A stretch of DNA of 64,000 bases from an uncultured Candidatus Saccharibacteria bacterium (GCA_964474825.1 CAYYWQ010000001.1:229609-293608); one strand, 5' to 3'. Shown: positions 47,440 to 58,184, counted from the first letter of the stretch. Made by a program: numbers and translations. Notes: generated by a model from the letters alone, not told the origin.

Positions 47440-48495
47440 ATGAAAAAAAACAAAATCATTGTGCTTGTGCTAGCTTTAAGTTTACTAGCCGTGGGTTGTG
47501 ACCCGTTCAGCTCTCCGGTGTCTGCCGGAGTTGTTAAAACAGTCAATGGCGGCTCGGACTGGCAATTTAGCAACCTCTTAAAAGGCGGTGGTGGAAATTT
47601 GAGCCAATCCAATATTACCAAACTGGCTTTTGACCCCCAAAACCGCGAAGTCGTGTATGCTGGAAGCAGTACAGACGGACTTTTTAAATCGGAAGACTCT
47701 GGCGCCAGCTGGACGAGGGTGCTTTCCAAAATTTCTGTTAATGATTTTGTGGTTAGTCCCACGGATTCCAAAACAATTTTTGTTGCCGGAATTTTTAGCG
47801 GCCAAGGCAAGGTTTTAAAAACAACGGACGGCGGTGCCAGCTGGCAGGAAGTTTACAACGAAGCAACGGCAAGCAACGCCGTGCGCGCCATAGACATTAA
47901 CCCTGCTTCCGTAACGCAGGTTATAATTGGCACGGCGTCTGGTAACTTAATTAAAAGCGCGGATGGCGGGCTAAGTTGGCAACTGGCGGTAAATTTTAAC
48001 GACCAAATTAACCAAATAATATGGCGTCCGAGCGGAATTTACATTTTACTTAACACCAAAGGCTTACAGCGGGGCACAAACGCCGCAACAGATTTTCAGG
48101 TACTTACGGCCAACGCGATAAAAGCCCCGGCAGAGTTTGTTTGGAATACCCCGCCGGCTACTTTTAACCAGGCTTATGTGGATTCCGTGTCTTCCAGCTT
48201 GTTCTATGTTACTACCAACCGCGGGCTTTATAAGAGCACGGACGGCGGTAAAACTTGGGTGGATTTGCCCCTGCCAATAAAACAAATTGACAGCAACCCC
48301 AGGCCCATAAGCGTTGCCCAAACTAGCAGTAATGTGGTATTTACCGCAGTTGGCGCGGTAATTTACAAGTCCACTAACGGCGGCAGTACCTGGCAAACCC
48401 AGACTGTTGCCACGACCGGCTTTATAGACTATATTTTAATAGACCCGCAGTTGCCGCAAATAGACTACGCGGGAACTTATATGCCGGCGCAATAG
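47440..48495 (+). CDS. BNR/Asp-box beta-propeller lipoprotein (YCF48/sortilin-like)
   Basis: Lipobox LAVGC; repeated KS.DGG.SW Asp-boxes. Confidence 0.88.
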   Translation: MKKNKIIVLVLALSLLAVGCDPFSSPVSAGVVKTVNGGSDWQFSNLLKGGGGNLSQSNITKLAFDPQNREVVYAGSSTDGLFKSEDSGASWTRVLSKISVNDFVVSPTDSKTIFVAGIFSGQGKVLKTTDGGASWQEVYNEATASNAVRAIDINPASVTQVIIGTASGNLIKSADGGLSWQLAVNFNDQINQIIWRPSGIYILLNTKGLQRGTNAATDFQVLTANAIKAPAEFVWNTPPATFNQAYVDSVSSSLFYVTTNRGLYKSTDGGKTWVDLPLPIKQIDSNPRPISVAQTSSNVVFTAVGAVIYKSTNGGSTWQTQTVATTGFIDYILIDPQLPQIDYAGTYMPAQ

Positions 48496-48572
48496 TAATT
48501 TTATCTACTAAATACGCTACAGTCATGCGATGTGGCGTACTGTCGGATGACAGGACAAAAGTAATTAAAAAT

Positions 48573-49130
48573 ATGATCGATCAAATCCTCAACATACACA
48601 AACCAAATTTTGAAAAGGCACTAGAACATTTTTTACACGAACTTTCCGGGGTGCGCACCGGCCGGGCCAACCCGGCGCTTTTAAATACCGTAACTGTGGA
48701 AAGTTACGGCAGTAAAATGCCAATTGAACATGTTGCCTCTGTTACTGTGAGCGATGCCAAAACTTTGGTAATTTCACCCTGGGACAAAAGCCAAATGCAG
48801 GCCATTGAAAAAGGCATCCAGGCCGCGAATTTGGGTTTTAACCCTTCAAGTGACGGGAATGTCATTCGCATTATTTTGCCTTCGCTCAACGAAGAGCGCA
48901 GAAAAGAAATGGTTAAGCTGGTTGGGCAAATAGCGGAGAACGGAAAAATCGGCATCCGCAACGCGCGGGAAACAACCCATAAAGAAATGAAGAAAGCAGA
49001 GGCCGATGGAAAAATAAGTAAAGATGATTTACAAGTCGGACAAAAAAAGCTCCAGGAAGTGGTAGATAAATACAACGAAGAAATTAAGAAGCATGCGGAA
49101 GCAAAAGAGAAAGAAGTGATGACAGTCTAG
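48573..49130 (+). CDS. frr: Ribosome recycling factor
   Basis: RTGRANP, PWDK, L.EERRKE, IRN.R, KEKEVM. Confidence 0.97.
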   Translation: MIDQILNIHKPNFEKALEHFLHELSGVRTGRANPALLNTVTVESYGSKMPIEHVASVTVSDAKTLVISPWDKSQMQAIEKGIQAANLGFNPSSDGNVIRIILPSLNEERRKEMVKLVGQIAENGKIGIRNARETTHKEMKKAEADGKISKDDLQVGQKKLQEVVDKYNEEIKKHAEAKEKEVMTV

Positions 49131-49139
49131 TAATTTACT

Positions 49140-49874
49140 ATGAGCATTCCTTTTGGAGAAAAATTATTCGGGAAATATGGCGAGCCGCCAGGACGGGAAA
49201 AGAGGATGTTTTTGAACGCAATTGCGTCGGAAAATTCAGATTCCGATGCTAAAGTTAACCTTATGGCCGCGTATTGGTATACAGTGGATTCGTTGAGGGC
49301 TTTTAACGAAGTTTTCTCCGACAATGACAAGGCTGCAAAATTTAAACAATTGGAAATTTTGGGCGCTGAATTGGAAAAAAAAGGATCTAAGCCTTTTTCA
49401 GAAAACGAAAGGGATGCGATCATTCTTTTGTTGGAAAAAATTGAAAGTGATTTTTTTAAGGTCTTCATGGGAATTAAGAACCTTGTAGAAGCATGGACAA
49501 AAAATCAAGACACTCAGCCCATATCTTTTCAAGAGTTTATTCAAAAAAACGACCAGATAAAAGAATTGGTCAATTCTTTAGCGGCGAAGTTAGCTAGAAT
49601 AGAGGGTTACGGAAAGTATTTAGATGCCATTCGCAATAACTTTGAGCTTTTAGACCAGGCTTTAAATACTGTCCCCCCAAATTACGATGAAATTTTAAAA
49701 CATAAAATTGTGATGAACAAGACTTCTCCCGGAGGAGAATCATATAACAGGCAGCAAAATAAGATAAAAGAAGCAGGGTCTGTTTATTTTAAAGGTATTC
49801 CGGAAGCAACTTTAAAACTGGCTGACAGTCTCGCAGAACTTCGTTTTGTACTACGAATTGGAGAAGAAAGGTAA
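49140..49874 (+). CDS. Hypothetical helical protein inserted between frr and rseP
   Basis: 244-aa ORF with tight junctions; no family recognised. Confidence 0.65.
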   Translation: MSIPFGEKLFGKYGEPPGREKRMFLNAIASENSDSDAKVNLMAAYWYTVDSLRAFNEVFSDNDKAAKFKQLEILGAELEKKGSKPFSENERDAIILLLEKIESDFFKVFMGIKNLVEAWTKNQDTQPISFQEFIQKNDQIKELVNSLAAKLARIEGYGKYLDAIRNNFELLDQALNTVPPNYDEILKHKIVMNKTSPGGESYNRQQNKIKEAGSVYFKGIPEATLKLADSLAELRFVLRIGEER

Positions 49875-49879
49875 AATAA

Positions 49880-51007
49880 ATGATACTAACAATAATAACT
49901 TTTTTAATAATTTTAGGCCTGCTTGTGTTCGTGCACGAGCTGGGGCATTTTGTTGTGGCTAAGAAAAGCGGAATGAAAGTGGACGAGTTTGGGTTTGGTT
50001 TTCCTCCCAGAATGTTTGGCTTGCAGAAAATAGAAGGGAAGTGGAAAATTGTTTGGGGTCATAAGCCACCGTTGGACACTGAAAAGACGGTTTATTCTAT
50101 AAACTGGATCCCTTTAGGCGGATTTGTAAAAATAGTCGGGGAAAATAACGAACAACAAGACGACCCGCGCTCATTCATCAATCGTCCATTTTGGGGCAGG
50201 TTTGCAACTTTGGTGGCCGGTGTTGTCATGAATTTTATTCTAGCCTGGGTGCTTTTATCTGCCGGTTTGGTGAGCGGTTTGCCCGTTGCCATAAATGAGC
50301 TAAGTGATTTGCCGGCGCACGCTCAGTTTAAAGATCCTCACGTTGCCATTTTGGAAGTTTTAGACGACCAGCCCGCGGCTAAAGCCGGGCTAATGCCCGG
50401 GGACACCATATTAACTATTGACGGCCAATTTTTTCCTATAAGCAGCCAGGCCAGTGATTACATTAAGGAGCATAAGGGCAGTAATTTTGTTTTCGAAGTT
50501 CAGCGGGGCGGTAAAAAACTTTCTGTAAGCGTGCAGTCCAACGCAAACCCTGGTCCCGACCAAGGACCCACGGGCATTGCGCTAGCCAGCGTAGGCAAGC
50601 TTTCTTACCCTTGGTACAGGGTCCCTTATGAAGGACTTAAGGCCACTTTTATTGAAGTCGAAAATATTGGCTCCGGCTTGGTTCAGTTATTTAGCGGACA
50701 CGTTAGCGTAAAAAATTTGGGCGGGCCTGTAAAAATTGCCCAGTTAACCGGCGAAGTCAGACAAATGGGGGTAATTTATTTACTCCAGTTTACCGCCTTT
50801 TTGAGCATAAATTTAGCAATACTAAATATTTTACCGTTCCCGGCCTTAGACGGCGGCCGCGTACTATTTTTAATAATAGAAAAAGTCCGCGGCAAGCGTA
50901 ACAACCAAAAAGTTGAACAGTGGTTTAACGCAATTGGCTTTGTGCTGTTAATTTTGTTAATGGTTTTTGTTACTGCTCACGACATATTTAATATTTTTCA
51001 TAAGTAA
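49880..51007 (+). CDS. rseP: RIP metalloprotease RseP (M50, PDZ)
   Basis: HELGH, IPLGGFV, NILPFPALDGG. Confidence 0.95.
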   Translation: MILTIITFLIILGLLVFVHELGHFVVAKKSGMKVDEFGFGFPPRMFGLQKIEGKWKIVWGHKPPLDTEKTVYSINWIPLGGFVKIVGENNEQQDDPRSFINRPFWGRFATLVAGVVMNFILAWVLLSAGLVSGLPVAINELSDLPAHAQFKDPHVAILEVLDDQPAAKAGLMPGDTILTIDGQFFPISSQASDYIKEHKGSNFVFEVQRGGKKLSVSVQSNANPGPDQGPTGIALASVGKLSYPWYRVPYEGLKATFIEVENIGSGLVQLFSGHVSVKNLGGPVKIAQLTGEVRQMGVIYLLQFTAFLSINLAILNILPFPALDGGRVLFLIIEKVRGKRNNQKVEQWFNAIGFVLLILLMVFVTAHDIFNIFHK

Positions 51008-51017
51008 TAATAAAAAA

Positions 51018-51431
51018 ATGTTACGGGGACGCGAGTCGCGGTTTGAGGGTATTCCAGGAAACAGTATATATGGAGCGGCGAAGGAATTAAGACAAGCAGG
51101 AAAAAGTGTGGATTTGAATGTGGGGGCAAAGGACATGTACGAGGCAGCACAAATTTTGACACCCCTTTGTTCTTCGGTCCTATTTGACCGTAACGTCAGC
51201 GAAGAAATTTTATATGATTCTTTAGGAGTGACAGGGGCTTGGGATTTAAAGCCAGAAGAATTATTGGTAGTAATTGTTACTTTAACCAAGAGTGATGATA
51301 AGTGGAAAGTAAAAGTTGTCAGAACAAATAAGGAGACGAAGGATTTTGTTTCCTTGAAGTTTGTTGGTAAAATGAATTTGGAAAACGCAAAACCTTTTAT
51401 TGCCCCTGAAGATTTAAATGAAAAAATTTAA
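51018..51431 (+). CDS. Hypothetical protein inserted between rseP and proS
   Basis: ATG 51018 (MLRGRES); ends 3 nt before proS. Confidence 0.55.
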   Translation: MLRGRESRFEGIPGNSIYGAAKELRQAGKSVDLNVGAKDMYEAAQILTPLCSSVLFDRNVSEEILYDSLGVTGAWDLKPEELLVVIVTLTKSDDKWKVKVVRTNKETKDFVSLKFVGKMNLENAKPFIAPEDLNEKI

Positions 51432-51434
51432 TTT

Positions 51435-52667
51435 ATGAAACAATCGCAATATTTTTTAAAAACTTCCAAGTCCGCTCCGGCGGACGACATTTCGGTTAAT
51501 GCCAAATTTTTGGAACAGGGCGGGTTTGTTTATAAAAATTCCGCGGGAATTTATACTCACTTGCCTTTGGGCTGGCGGGTAATGCAAAAAATCGCGCAAA
51601 TTATCCGCGAAGAAATGAACGCCATTTCCGGGCAGGAAATGTTTATGCCTGCAATGCACGACAAGCATTACCTAAAAGCCAGTGGCCGCTGGGACGTAGA
51701 CGTGGTCTTTAAAGTTTTTGAAGGAGCGGGCAAAGATCCGCAGTTTAACATTAGCTGGACGCATGAGGAAATTATTGCGGAAATTGCTTCCAAGTCCGTT
51801 AACTCCTATAAAGATTTGCCTTTTGCAATTTATCAAATTCAGACCAAGTTCCGCAACGAACCAAGGGCAAAGTCGGGCTTACTCCGCGGCCGTGAATTTA
51901 TGATGAAAGATTTATACAGCTTCCATGCCAGCGAAGAAGATTTATGGAAGTATTACGCGCAGGTAGGGGAGGCATACACAAAAGTTTTTGAACGCTGCGG
52001 CCTTAAGGCATATTACACCCTGGCTCCGGGCGGCGAATTTACCGTAAGCAACACGCACGAGTTTCAGGTAGTATCAGACGTCGGTGAAGACACGATTTTG
52101 GTCTGTGAAAAATGCGGTTATGCTGAAAACACGGAAGTCTCTAAGTTAAAAGCAGGGGACAAGTGTCCAAAATGCGAAGGTGTTATTTCAGAAAAAAAAT
52201 CAATAGAAGTTGGCAATATTTTTCCGCTGGGAACCAAATATTCCGAAGCCTTTAACTTAAAATTCACTGACGACAAAGGCGAAAAGCATTTTGTGGTTAT
52301 GGGTTCTTACGGTATTGGGTTGGGTCGCGTTATGGGAACAGCCGTGGAAGTCTATCATGACGACAAAGGTATTATTTGGCCGGAATCCATAGCTCCCTTT
52401 AAAGTTCATTTACTTTCTTTAAAAGGCGGAGAAGAGAAAGCCGAGGAAATTTATAAACAATTGCTTGATAGCGGTGTTGAAGTGCTGTATGATGACAGAG
52501 AAGCAAGCGCAGGAGTAAAATTTGCAGACAGCGATTTAATAGGAATTCCCTGGAGAATTCTTGTCTCCTCAAAAACTTTGGCTCAGGACAGCGTGGAAGT
52601 AAAAAAACGATCAGAAACAGAAGCAAAATTAGTTAAAATTTCAGATTTAACTAGACATCTATCTTAA
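51435..52667 (+). CDS. proS: Prolyl-tRNA synthetase (short type, no editing domain)
   Basis: THEE, YQIQTKFRNE.R...GLLR.REF.MKD.YS, IEVGNIF.LG.KYS, MGSYGIG. Confidence 0.96.
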   Translation: MKQSQYFLKTSKSAPADDISVNAKFLEQGGFVYKNSAGIYTHLPLGWRVMQKIAQIIREEMNAISGQEMFMPAMHDKHYLKASGRWDVDVVFKVFEGAGKDPQFNISWTHEEIIAEIASKSVNSYKDLPFAIYQIQTKFRNEPRAKSGLLRGREFMMKDLYSFHASEEDLWKYYAQVGEAYTKVFERCGLKAYYTLAPGGEFTVSNTHEFQVVSDVGEDTILVCEKCGYAENTEVSKLKAGDKCPKCEGVISEKKSIEVGNIFPLGTKYSEAFNLKFTDDKGEKHFVVMGSYGIGLGRVMGTAVEVYHDDKGIIWPESIAPFKVHLLSLKGGEEKAEEIYKQLLDSGVEVLYDDREASAGVKFADSDLIGIPWRILVSSKTLAQDSVEVKKRSETEAKLVKISDLTRHLS

Positions 52668-52702
52668 TTTTTGCCAGCTAAAATCAAAAGGGTTAAAACA
52701 AA

Positions 52703-52774
52703 CAATATCCTAATATCAATAAATATCACAATATCTTAAAATGATATTGATAGATGTTGAGATATTAGGATATT
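52703..52774. repeat. Inverted aatatc/gatatt tandem array upstream of mreB
   Basis: aatatc x4 (period 8-10), then gatatt/gatgtt x4. Confidence 0.75.
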
Positions 52775-52799
52775 TTCTACAAAACAAATTAGTACTTTC

Positions 52800-53852
52800 A
52801 TGTTTAGAAAATTTTATCAAAAGTTCAGTAAAGACATCGGCATAGATTTAGGAACAGCCAACACCTTGGTGTATGTTAAAGGCAAAGGTATTGCCATTAA
52901 CGAACCGAGTGTGGTGGCTATTAACCAACGCACCAAACAAATTTTGGCAATTGGGAGTGAAGCCCGTAAAATGGTGGGGCGTACGCCGCCACATATTGTG
53001 GCAACAAGGCCTTTGGTGGACGGCGTTATTTCTGACTTTGAGGTCACTGAAGCAATGCTTCGGTATTTTATAGACAAAGTTCATGTGCAGACCATGGCGT
53101 TTTTGCGGCGTCCCCGCGTAGTTATTGGTATACCCTCCGGAGTTACGGAAGTGGAAAAACGCGCTGTTGTGGACGCGGCTTTAAACGCCGGGGCCAGCGA
53201 AGCTTATTTAATTGAGGAGCCTATGGCCGCTGCTATTGGCGCGAGATTGCCTGTGCAGGAAGCAGCGGGCAGTATGATAGTAGACATAGGGGGCGGTACC
53301 GCGGAAATAGCGGTTATTTCTTTGGGCGGTATTGTGATTTCCAAATCTTTGCGTGTTGCCGGCGATGAAATGAACCAGAATATTATGCAATACGCCCGCG
53401 ACAATTTTAATTTGCTGTTGGGTGAGCGCACTGCCGAAGAAGTAAAAATTAAAATCGGCAGCGCATACGAACTGGAGCAGCCTCTTTACGCCCAAATGCG
53501 GGGACGCGATTTAGTTACGGGGCTTCCAAAGGAAGTAACTATTTCCGACACCCAAGTGCGGGAAGCTCTAATGCAAAGCCTTCGGCTCATTGTAAACAAT
53601 ATAAAAAATGTTATAGAAGAAATTCCACCGGAATTAATTTCCGACATTTTAGACAAGGGGATAATTTTAGCGGGTGGGGGAGCGCTGCTGCGCGGTTTGG
53701 ACAAGCTGGTTAAAGAAGCTACCAAAATGCCCGTGCATGTGGCTGAAGACCCGTTAACCTGTGTGGTCCGCGGTACAGGTATTGTGGTGGAAGATTTGGA
53801 AATTTTGCGCGATGTTTTGGTGCCTACGGAGTTTGGGAGAATCCCAAAATAA
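52800..53852 (+). CDS. mreB: Rod shape-determining protein MreB
   Basis: IGIDLGTANT, NEPSVVA, EEPMAAAIGA, VDIGGGT, GGGALL. Confidence 0.97.
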   Translation: MFRKFYQKFSKDIGIDLGTANTLVYVKGKGIAINEPSVVAINQRTKQILAIGSEARKMVGRTPPHIVATRPLVDGVISDFEVTEAMLRYFIDKVHVQTMAFLRRPRVVIGIPSGVTEVEKRAVVDAALNAGASEAYLIEEPMAAAIGARLPVQEAAGSMIVDIGGGTAEIAVISLGGIVISKSLRVAGDEMNQNIMQYARDNFNLLLGERTAEEVKIKIGSAYELEQPLYAQMRGRDLVTGLPKEVTISDTQVREALMQSLRLIVNNIKNVIEEIPPELISDILDKGIILAGGGALLRGLDKLVKEATKMPVHVAEDPLTCVVRGTGIVVEDLEILRDVLVPTEFGRIPK

Positions 53853-53892
53853 ACATCTGGTCAGCTTATAAGCTTATCAGCCGATCAGCTTT

Positions 53893-54693
53893 ATGAGATT
53901 TATTTATACAAAAACTTTTGCAGCCTTTGCGGCTAGTTTGACAATTATTGTCTTACTGGCTTTTATGCAATCTAAGGGCTGGCTTAACACGGTGGAACAG
54001 GGGTTTTTGCAGGCGCCCCGACCTGTCGCCGCTTTTAGTCGCGCCTTGGCTCGTCCTTTTAAGAATTTTTTTACAACGATTTATGATTTAAGAAAAATTT
54101 CCAAGGACAATAAAGCTTTAAACGACCGGCTTGTGGAGTTGTCGCAGCAAACAGCCGACTATGACCAGCTTAAACGGGAAAACCAGGCACTCCGTCAGGA
54201 GTTGGGTTTTATAGAAACAGTAAAATTTTCTTTAGTTCCGTGTACTGTATTGTCACAAAACCCTTTTGGTTTAACCGACACTTTGGTGCTTAATTGCGGC
54301 AAAAATCAGGGAATTAAAGAGGGGCAGGCGGTCTTGTCACAGGGGTACTTGGTGGCAAAAATTGTCTTTGTCGGCAAAGACAACAGCACTGCGCTTTTAG
54401 CCACTGATTCCAAATTTTCCGCCGACGCCCAGCTGAGTAAAACCGGGGCCACCGGTTTGGTTAACGGCTCTTTTGGTTCCGGGTTGGTCCTGGACAGGCT
54501 GTCTCAGAATGATCAGATCGACAAAGGCTGGCAGGTTATTACCGCCGGTATTAATGATTTGATCCCAAAAGGAATTTTAATCGGCCAAGTTGGGGATGTA
54601 ATTTCTTCGGGTAATGATTTATTTAAAAAAACCACACTTTTAACTCCCGTGGACTTTTCCGACATAAATTTTGTTTTCGTGGCAAAGCAGTAA
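53893..54693 (+). CDS. mreC: Rod shape-determining protein MreC
   Basis: TM, coiled coil (EN..LR..L), IPKGI.IG; synteny. Confidence 0.9.
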   Translation: MRFIYTKTFAAFAASLTIIVLLAFMQSKGWLNTVEQGFLQAPRPVAAFSRALARPFKNFFTTIYDLRKISKDNKALNDRLVELSQQTADYDQLKRENQALRQELGFIETVKFSLVPCTVLSQNPFGLTDTLVLNCGKNQGIKEGQAVLSQGYLVAKIVFVGKDNSTALLATDSKFSADAQLSKTGATGLVNGSFGSGLVLDRLSQNDQIDKGWQVITAGINDLIPKGILIGQVGDVISSGNDLFKKTTLLTPVDFSDINFVFVAKQ

Positions 54694-54700
54694 TACATCT

Positions 54701-54783
54701 TTGACTTTTGACATGTGACAGTTGACGTTTGCAGTTCCGTCAATTGTTAAATGTCAATTGTTAAATGTCAATTGTTAAATGTC
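54701..54783. repeat. Inverted heptamer array whose right arm is a perfect 14-mer x3
   Basis: ttgactt-ttgacat-gtgacag-ttgacgt, then (gtcaattgttaaat)x3 + gtc at 54739-54783. Confidence 0.9.
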
Positions 54784-54788
54784 CTCAA

Positions 54789-55322
54789 ATGAAGTATTTA
54801 ATTTACCTTTTGCTTATTATTGTACTCTGCGGAGTGTCAGTTGGGCTTTCGCCGCTTATAAACATACGCGGCCAAGTTCCGCAGCTGCTTTTTTTACTGG
54901 CCTTTATTTGGTCTTTGGACCGAGCCGGCTGGGATTTTTTATTTGTGGCTTTTATATCGGGTTTATTTTTGGATTTTTATACAGGCAGTTTTGTTGGGAC
55001 GTTTTCCATGCCATTAATAACGGTCTGCTTGGTATTCCATTTTATAATTGAAAATTTTTTGGCTTTGGAATTAAGCCCTAAATTTTTGGCCGCGCTTTTA
55101 CTCCCGGCGCAAATTCTATTTGGTACGGTTTACTTTTTTTACTCCTGGTTGCTTTACAAAATGCATTTATGGCCCATCCTTCCGGACGCTAAAATTTTAG
55201 CGGAAGGCTTTATTATTTCTTTTTTTTATAACCTACTTTTCCTTTATCCTATTTTTTCTCTTACAGATTATGTTCGAATGCTGGTAAGGCGCTATTTTGA
55301 GCGTGAATTTAAAGTTCGCTAA
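54789..55322 (+). CDS. mreD: Rod shape-determining protein MreD
   Basis: Polytopic membrane protein with P.L and GLFLD motifs, between mreC and mrdA. Confidence 0.85.
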   Translation: MKYLIYLLLIIVLCGVSVGLSPLINIRGQVPQLLFLLAFIWSLDRAGWDFLFVAFISGLFLDFYTGSFVGTFSMPLITVCLVFHFIIENFLALELSPKFLAALLLPAQILFGTVYFFYSWLLYKMHLWPILPDAKILAEGFIISFFYNLLFLYPIFSLTDYVRMLVRRYFEREFKVR

Positions 55323-55328
55323 ACTTAT

Positions 55329-57281
55329 ATGATTAAGAGAGACCCATTTGAAGTTTATAATTCGTTGAGCGGTAGCGATAAAAGGCGTCCGCTGGATTGG
55401 GATGAGTCAGCCGCGGATTCGACTTCCGCGGTGGAGGATGTTTACGACAGCGACCGACGCCCCCCTTCCTTGGTTTGGTTGGCCACGGTATTGCTTGGTG
55501 TTTTTGTCGTGCTTGGGGCGCGCCTGTTTTATTTACAAATTATTCAGGGGCAGAGGTTTTATTCGCTGGCGGAGAACAATCGCATAAGGCGCCAAACCAT
55601 TTTAGCGCCACGGGGAAAAATTTTGGACAGCCACGGCAAGGTTTTGGCTGAAAACCGCGCCAATTTTAATTTAGTGGCCGTGCCTTTTGATTTACCCAAA
55701 CAAGGCCTGGAACCGGAAATTACGGAACTTAGTTCCCGGTTTGGGCTTGACGAAAACGCGCTGAGGAAAACTCTTGCGGCGGCGCCAAAGAATTCTCTTG
55801 AGCCAATAATTATAAAATCAAACATGAGCCAGGACGAAAGTTTGTTGTTTGAAACTTTGGCCCAGCAATTTGTTGGTTTTTCTACGCAAAAAATTCCTGT
55901 GCGCGACTACGCTAATGCCGCGGCTTTCTCCCATGTTTTAGGCTATACCGGGCTGGTCGCTACAGGGGATTTAGAAGATATAGATTCTTCTGTCTATGCC
56001 AGCGAGGATTTTATTGGCAAGTTGGGTATTGAGAAGCAATATGAAAAGTATTTGCACGGGGAAAATGGGGAAAATTTGGTGGAAGTTAACGCCTCCGGAA
56101 AAATTTTGGACATTTTAGGGGAAGATCCTTCCGGCCCCGGTAATATTTTGGTTTTAAATATAGACAAAGATTTGCAGGAAATCCTCTACAAGGGTTTGCA
56201 GGAAAACATTGGGTCCAAACGCGGAGCGGCAATTGCCATGGATCCCAGGAACGGAAAAATTTTAGCCTTGGTAAGCAGCCCGGGATTTGACACTAATTTA
56301 TTCGCGCCGGGTATTAGCCAGGCGGATTACCAGGCTTTGCTTTCCGACAAAAACCAACCGTTATTTAACCGCGCGGTTTCCGGCACCTATCCGCCCGGAT
56401 CTACTTCCAAATTAATTACAGCCACGGCCGGGCTTGAGGTGGGAATAATTAATGACAAAACCGTAATAGTGGACAATGGAGTTATTACAGTCCCAAACCA
56501 ATTTGGCGGTCCCAGCTACCAGTTTCGCGGCTGGAAATTAAGTGGCCTGGGACCCATGACTGTGCGCAGCGCAATTGCCCAGAGCAGCGACATATTTTTT
56601 TATGAGGTGGCCGGCGGTCCCCCTAATGGCGCTTGGCCCGGCCTTGGGCCCGACAGGTTGGCGGATTTTTTTAGGAAATTCGGTTTAGGGAAACCTTTGG
56701 GTATAGACGTAGGCGGAGAAAAACCGGGACTGGTCCCGGACCCGGCCTGGAAAATGGAATATTTCAAAAACGATCCTTTAGCCGGCAAATGGTATTTGGG
56801 AGACACTTACCATATTGGTATTGGCCAGGGGGACTTGTTGGTCACGCCGCTGCAGGTGGCACAATGGACTGCCGTGGTTGCCAACGGGGGAATTGGTTTT
56901 GTTCCTCAAATCGGCCAAAAGGTTATGGACCAAAATGGCAAAGTCTTGTGGGAAAGCCAGCCAAAAGTTTTGCTTAAAGACATAGCCTCGCCGGCCAACA
57001 TTAAAATTGTCCAGGAAGGCATGCGCCAAACAGTTTTAAGCGGAACCGCCAGGGCTTTGAACAAACTTAATATTTCTTCGGCAGGTAAAACCGGAACTTC
57101 ACAATTTGACGGCAGTAATCCGCTGCGCACCCACGCCTGGTTTACGGCCTATTCGCCGTACGAAGATCCGCAAATTGTCATTACTGTTCTTGTGGAAGCC
57201 GGCGGTGAAGGTAATGCCGCGGCTGAACCCATTGCCGAAAAAGCTTTAAAGTGGTGGGCGGAAAACAGGTATAACAAATAG
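55329..57281 (+). CDS. mrdA: Penicillin-binding protein 2
   Basis: RLFYLQI, APRG.I.D, YPPGSTSK (SxxK), SSD, KTGT. Confidence 0.95.
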   Translation: MIKRDPFEVYNSLSGSDKRRPLDWDESAADSTSAVEDVYDSDRRPPSLVWLATVLLGVFVVLGARLFYLQIIQGQRFYSLAENNRIRRQTILAPRGKILDSHGKVLAENRANFNLVAVPFDLPKQGLEPEITELSSRFGLDENALRKTLAAAPKNSLEPIIIKSNMSQDESLLFETLAQQFVGFSTQKIPVRDYANAAAFSHVLGYTGLVATGDLEDIDSSVYASEDFIGKLGIEKQYEKYLHGENGENLVEVNASGKILDILGEDPSGPGNILVLNIDKDLQEILYKGLQENIGSKRGAAIAMDPRNGKILALVSSPGFDTNLFAPGISQADYQALLSDKNQPLFNRAVSGTYPPGSTSKLITATAGLEVGIINDKTVIVDNGVITVPNQFGGPSYQFRGWKLSGLGPMTVRSAIAQSSDIFFYEVAGGPPNGAWPGLGPDRLADFFRKFGLGKPLGIDVGGEKPGLVPDPAWKMEYFKNDPLAGKWYLGDTYHIGIGQGDLLVTPLQVAQWTAVVANGGIGFVPQIGQKVMDQNGKVLWESQPKVLLKDIASPANIKIVQEGMRQTVLSGTARALNKLNISSAGKTGTSQFDGSNPLRTHAWFTAYSPYEDPQIVITVLVEAGGEGNAAAEPIAEKALKWWAENRYNK

Positions 57282-57353
57282 CAAAAATTTTTGTATTGTG
57301 TTCGTATTTGTGCGCACAATGCCAAATGCGTTATACTAAATACACAATACCCT

Positions 57354-58184
57354 ATGAATATTATTGACGGTAAGAAAATTGCCACCGAAGTTTTAAGCCA
57401 GTTAAAAACAGAAGTGAGCGCTCTTCCTTTCCAGCCGGTGTTTTGTGACGTACTAGTTGGCAATGACAAGGTTTCCGCCCAGTATGTGGCAATGAAGGCC
57501 AAGACCGCTGAAAAAATAGGGATAAAATTTAGGGCGGCCGTTTTTCCGGACAATGTCCCAAAACAGGAACTTATAGACGAAATAAAAAAAATCTGCCAAG
57601 AGCCGAATATGCGCGGACTTATTGTCCAGCTGCCTCTGCCTGCTAATTTGCCCAAACAGGAAATTTTAGACGCCATTAACCCTGACATAGACGTGGACTG
57701 CATGGGCAGCTTGAATTTGGATAATTTTTACAAAGGCCATATACGTTTTATTCCGCCGACAGCTGCGGCCATTATGGCAATTTTAGAAAATTTGAAAATA
57801 GATTTGCTCAGCAAGCAAATTTTAGTGGTGGGACAAGGGGAGCTCGTGGGCAGGCCGGTTACGTTTTTGCTAAAGCAAAAAGGCCTTTTGGTAAATATTG
57901 CGGACATAAATACAAAAAATACGGCTGAGCTTTTAAAACAGGCGGACGTAATAATTTCCGCTGCGGGCAAGGCTTATTTAATAACCGGAGAAAAAATTAA
58001 ACAGGGCGCAGTGGTGATAGACGCGGGAACTTCTGAATCCGGCGGAGGCATTGTGGGTGACGTAGATTTTAACTCTGTTTCCCAAGTGGCCTCGGCAATT
58101 TCGCCCGTGCCCGGCGGCGTTGGCCCAATGACAGTCGCAATGCTGTTAAATAACGTTGTTAAAGCGGCAAAAGAAAACAATTAA
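57354..58184 (+). CDS. folD: Bifunctional methylenetetrahydrofolate dehydrogenase/cyclohydrolase
   Basis: IIDGK, VQLPLP, DVD, PVPGGVGPMT; start at MNIIDG. Confidence 0.94.
   Translation: MNIIDGKKIATEVLSQLKTEVSALPFQPVFCDVLVGNDKVSAQYVAMKAKTAEKIGIKFRAAVFPDNVPKQELIDEIKKICQEPNMRGLIVQLPLPANLPKQEILDAINPDIDVDCMGSLNLDNFYKGHIRFIPPTAAAIMAILENLKIDLLSKQILVVGQGELVGRPVTFLLKQKGLLVNIADINTKNTAELLKQADVIISAAGKAYLITGEKIKQGAVVIDAGTSESGGGIVGDVDFNSVSQVASAISPVPGGVGPMTVAMLLNNVVKAAKENN

Noticed and set aside
54739-54783. Mini-CRISPR or iteron array
   Set aside because: Contiguous 14-bp tandem repeat with no spacers and no adjacent rep gene.
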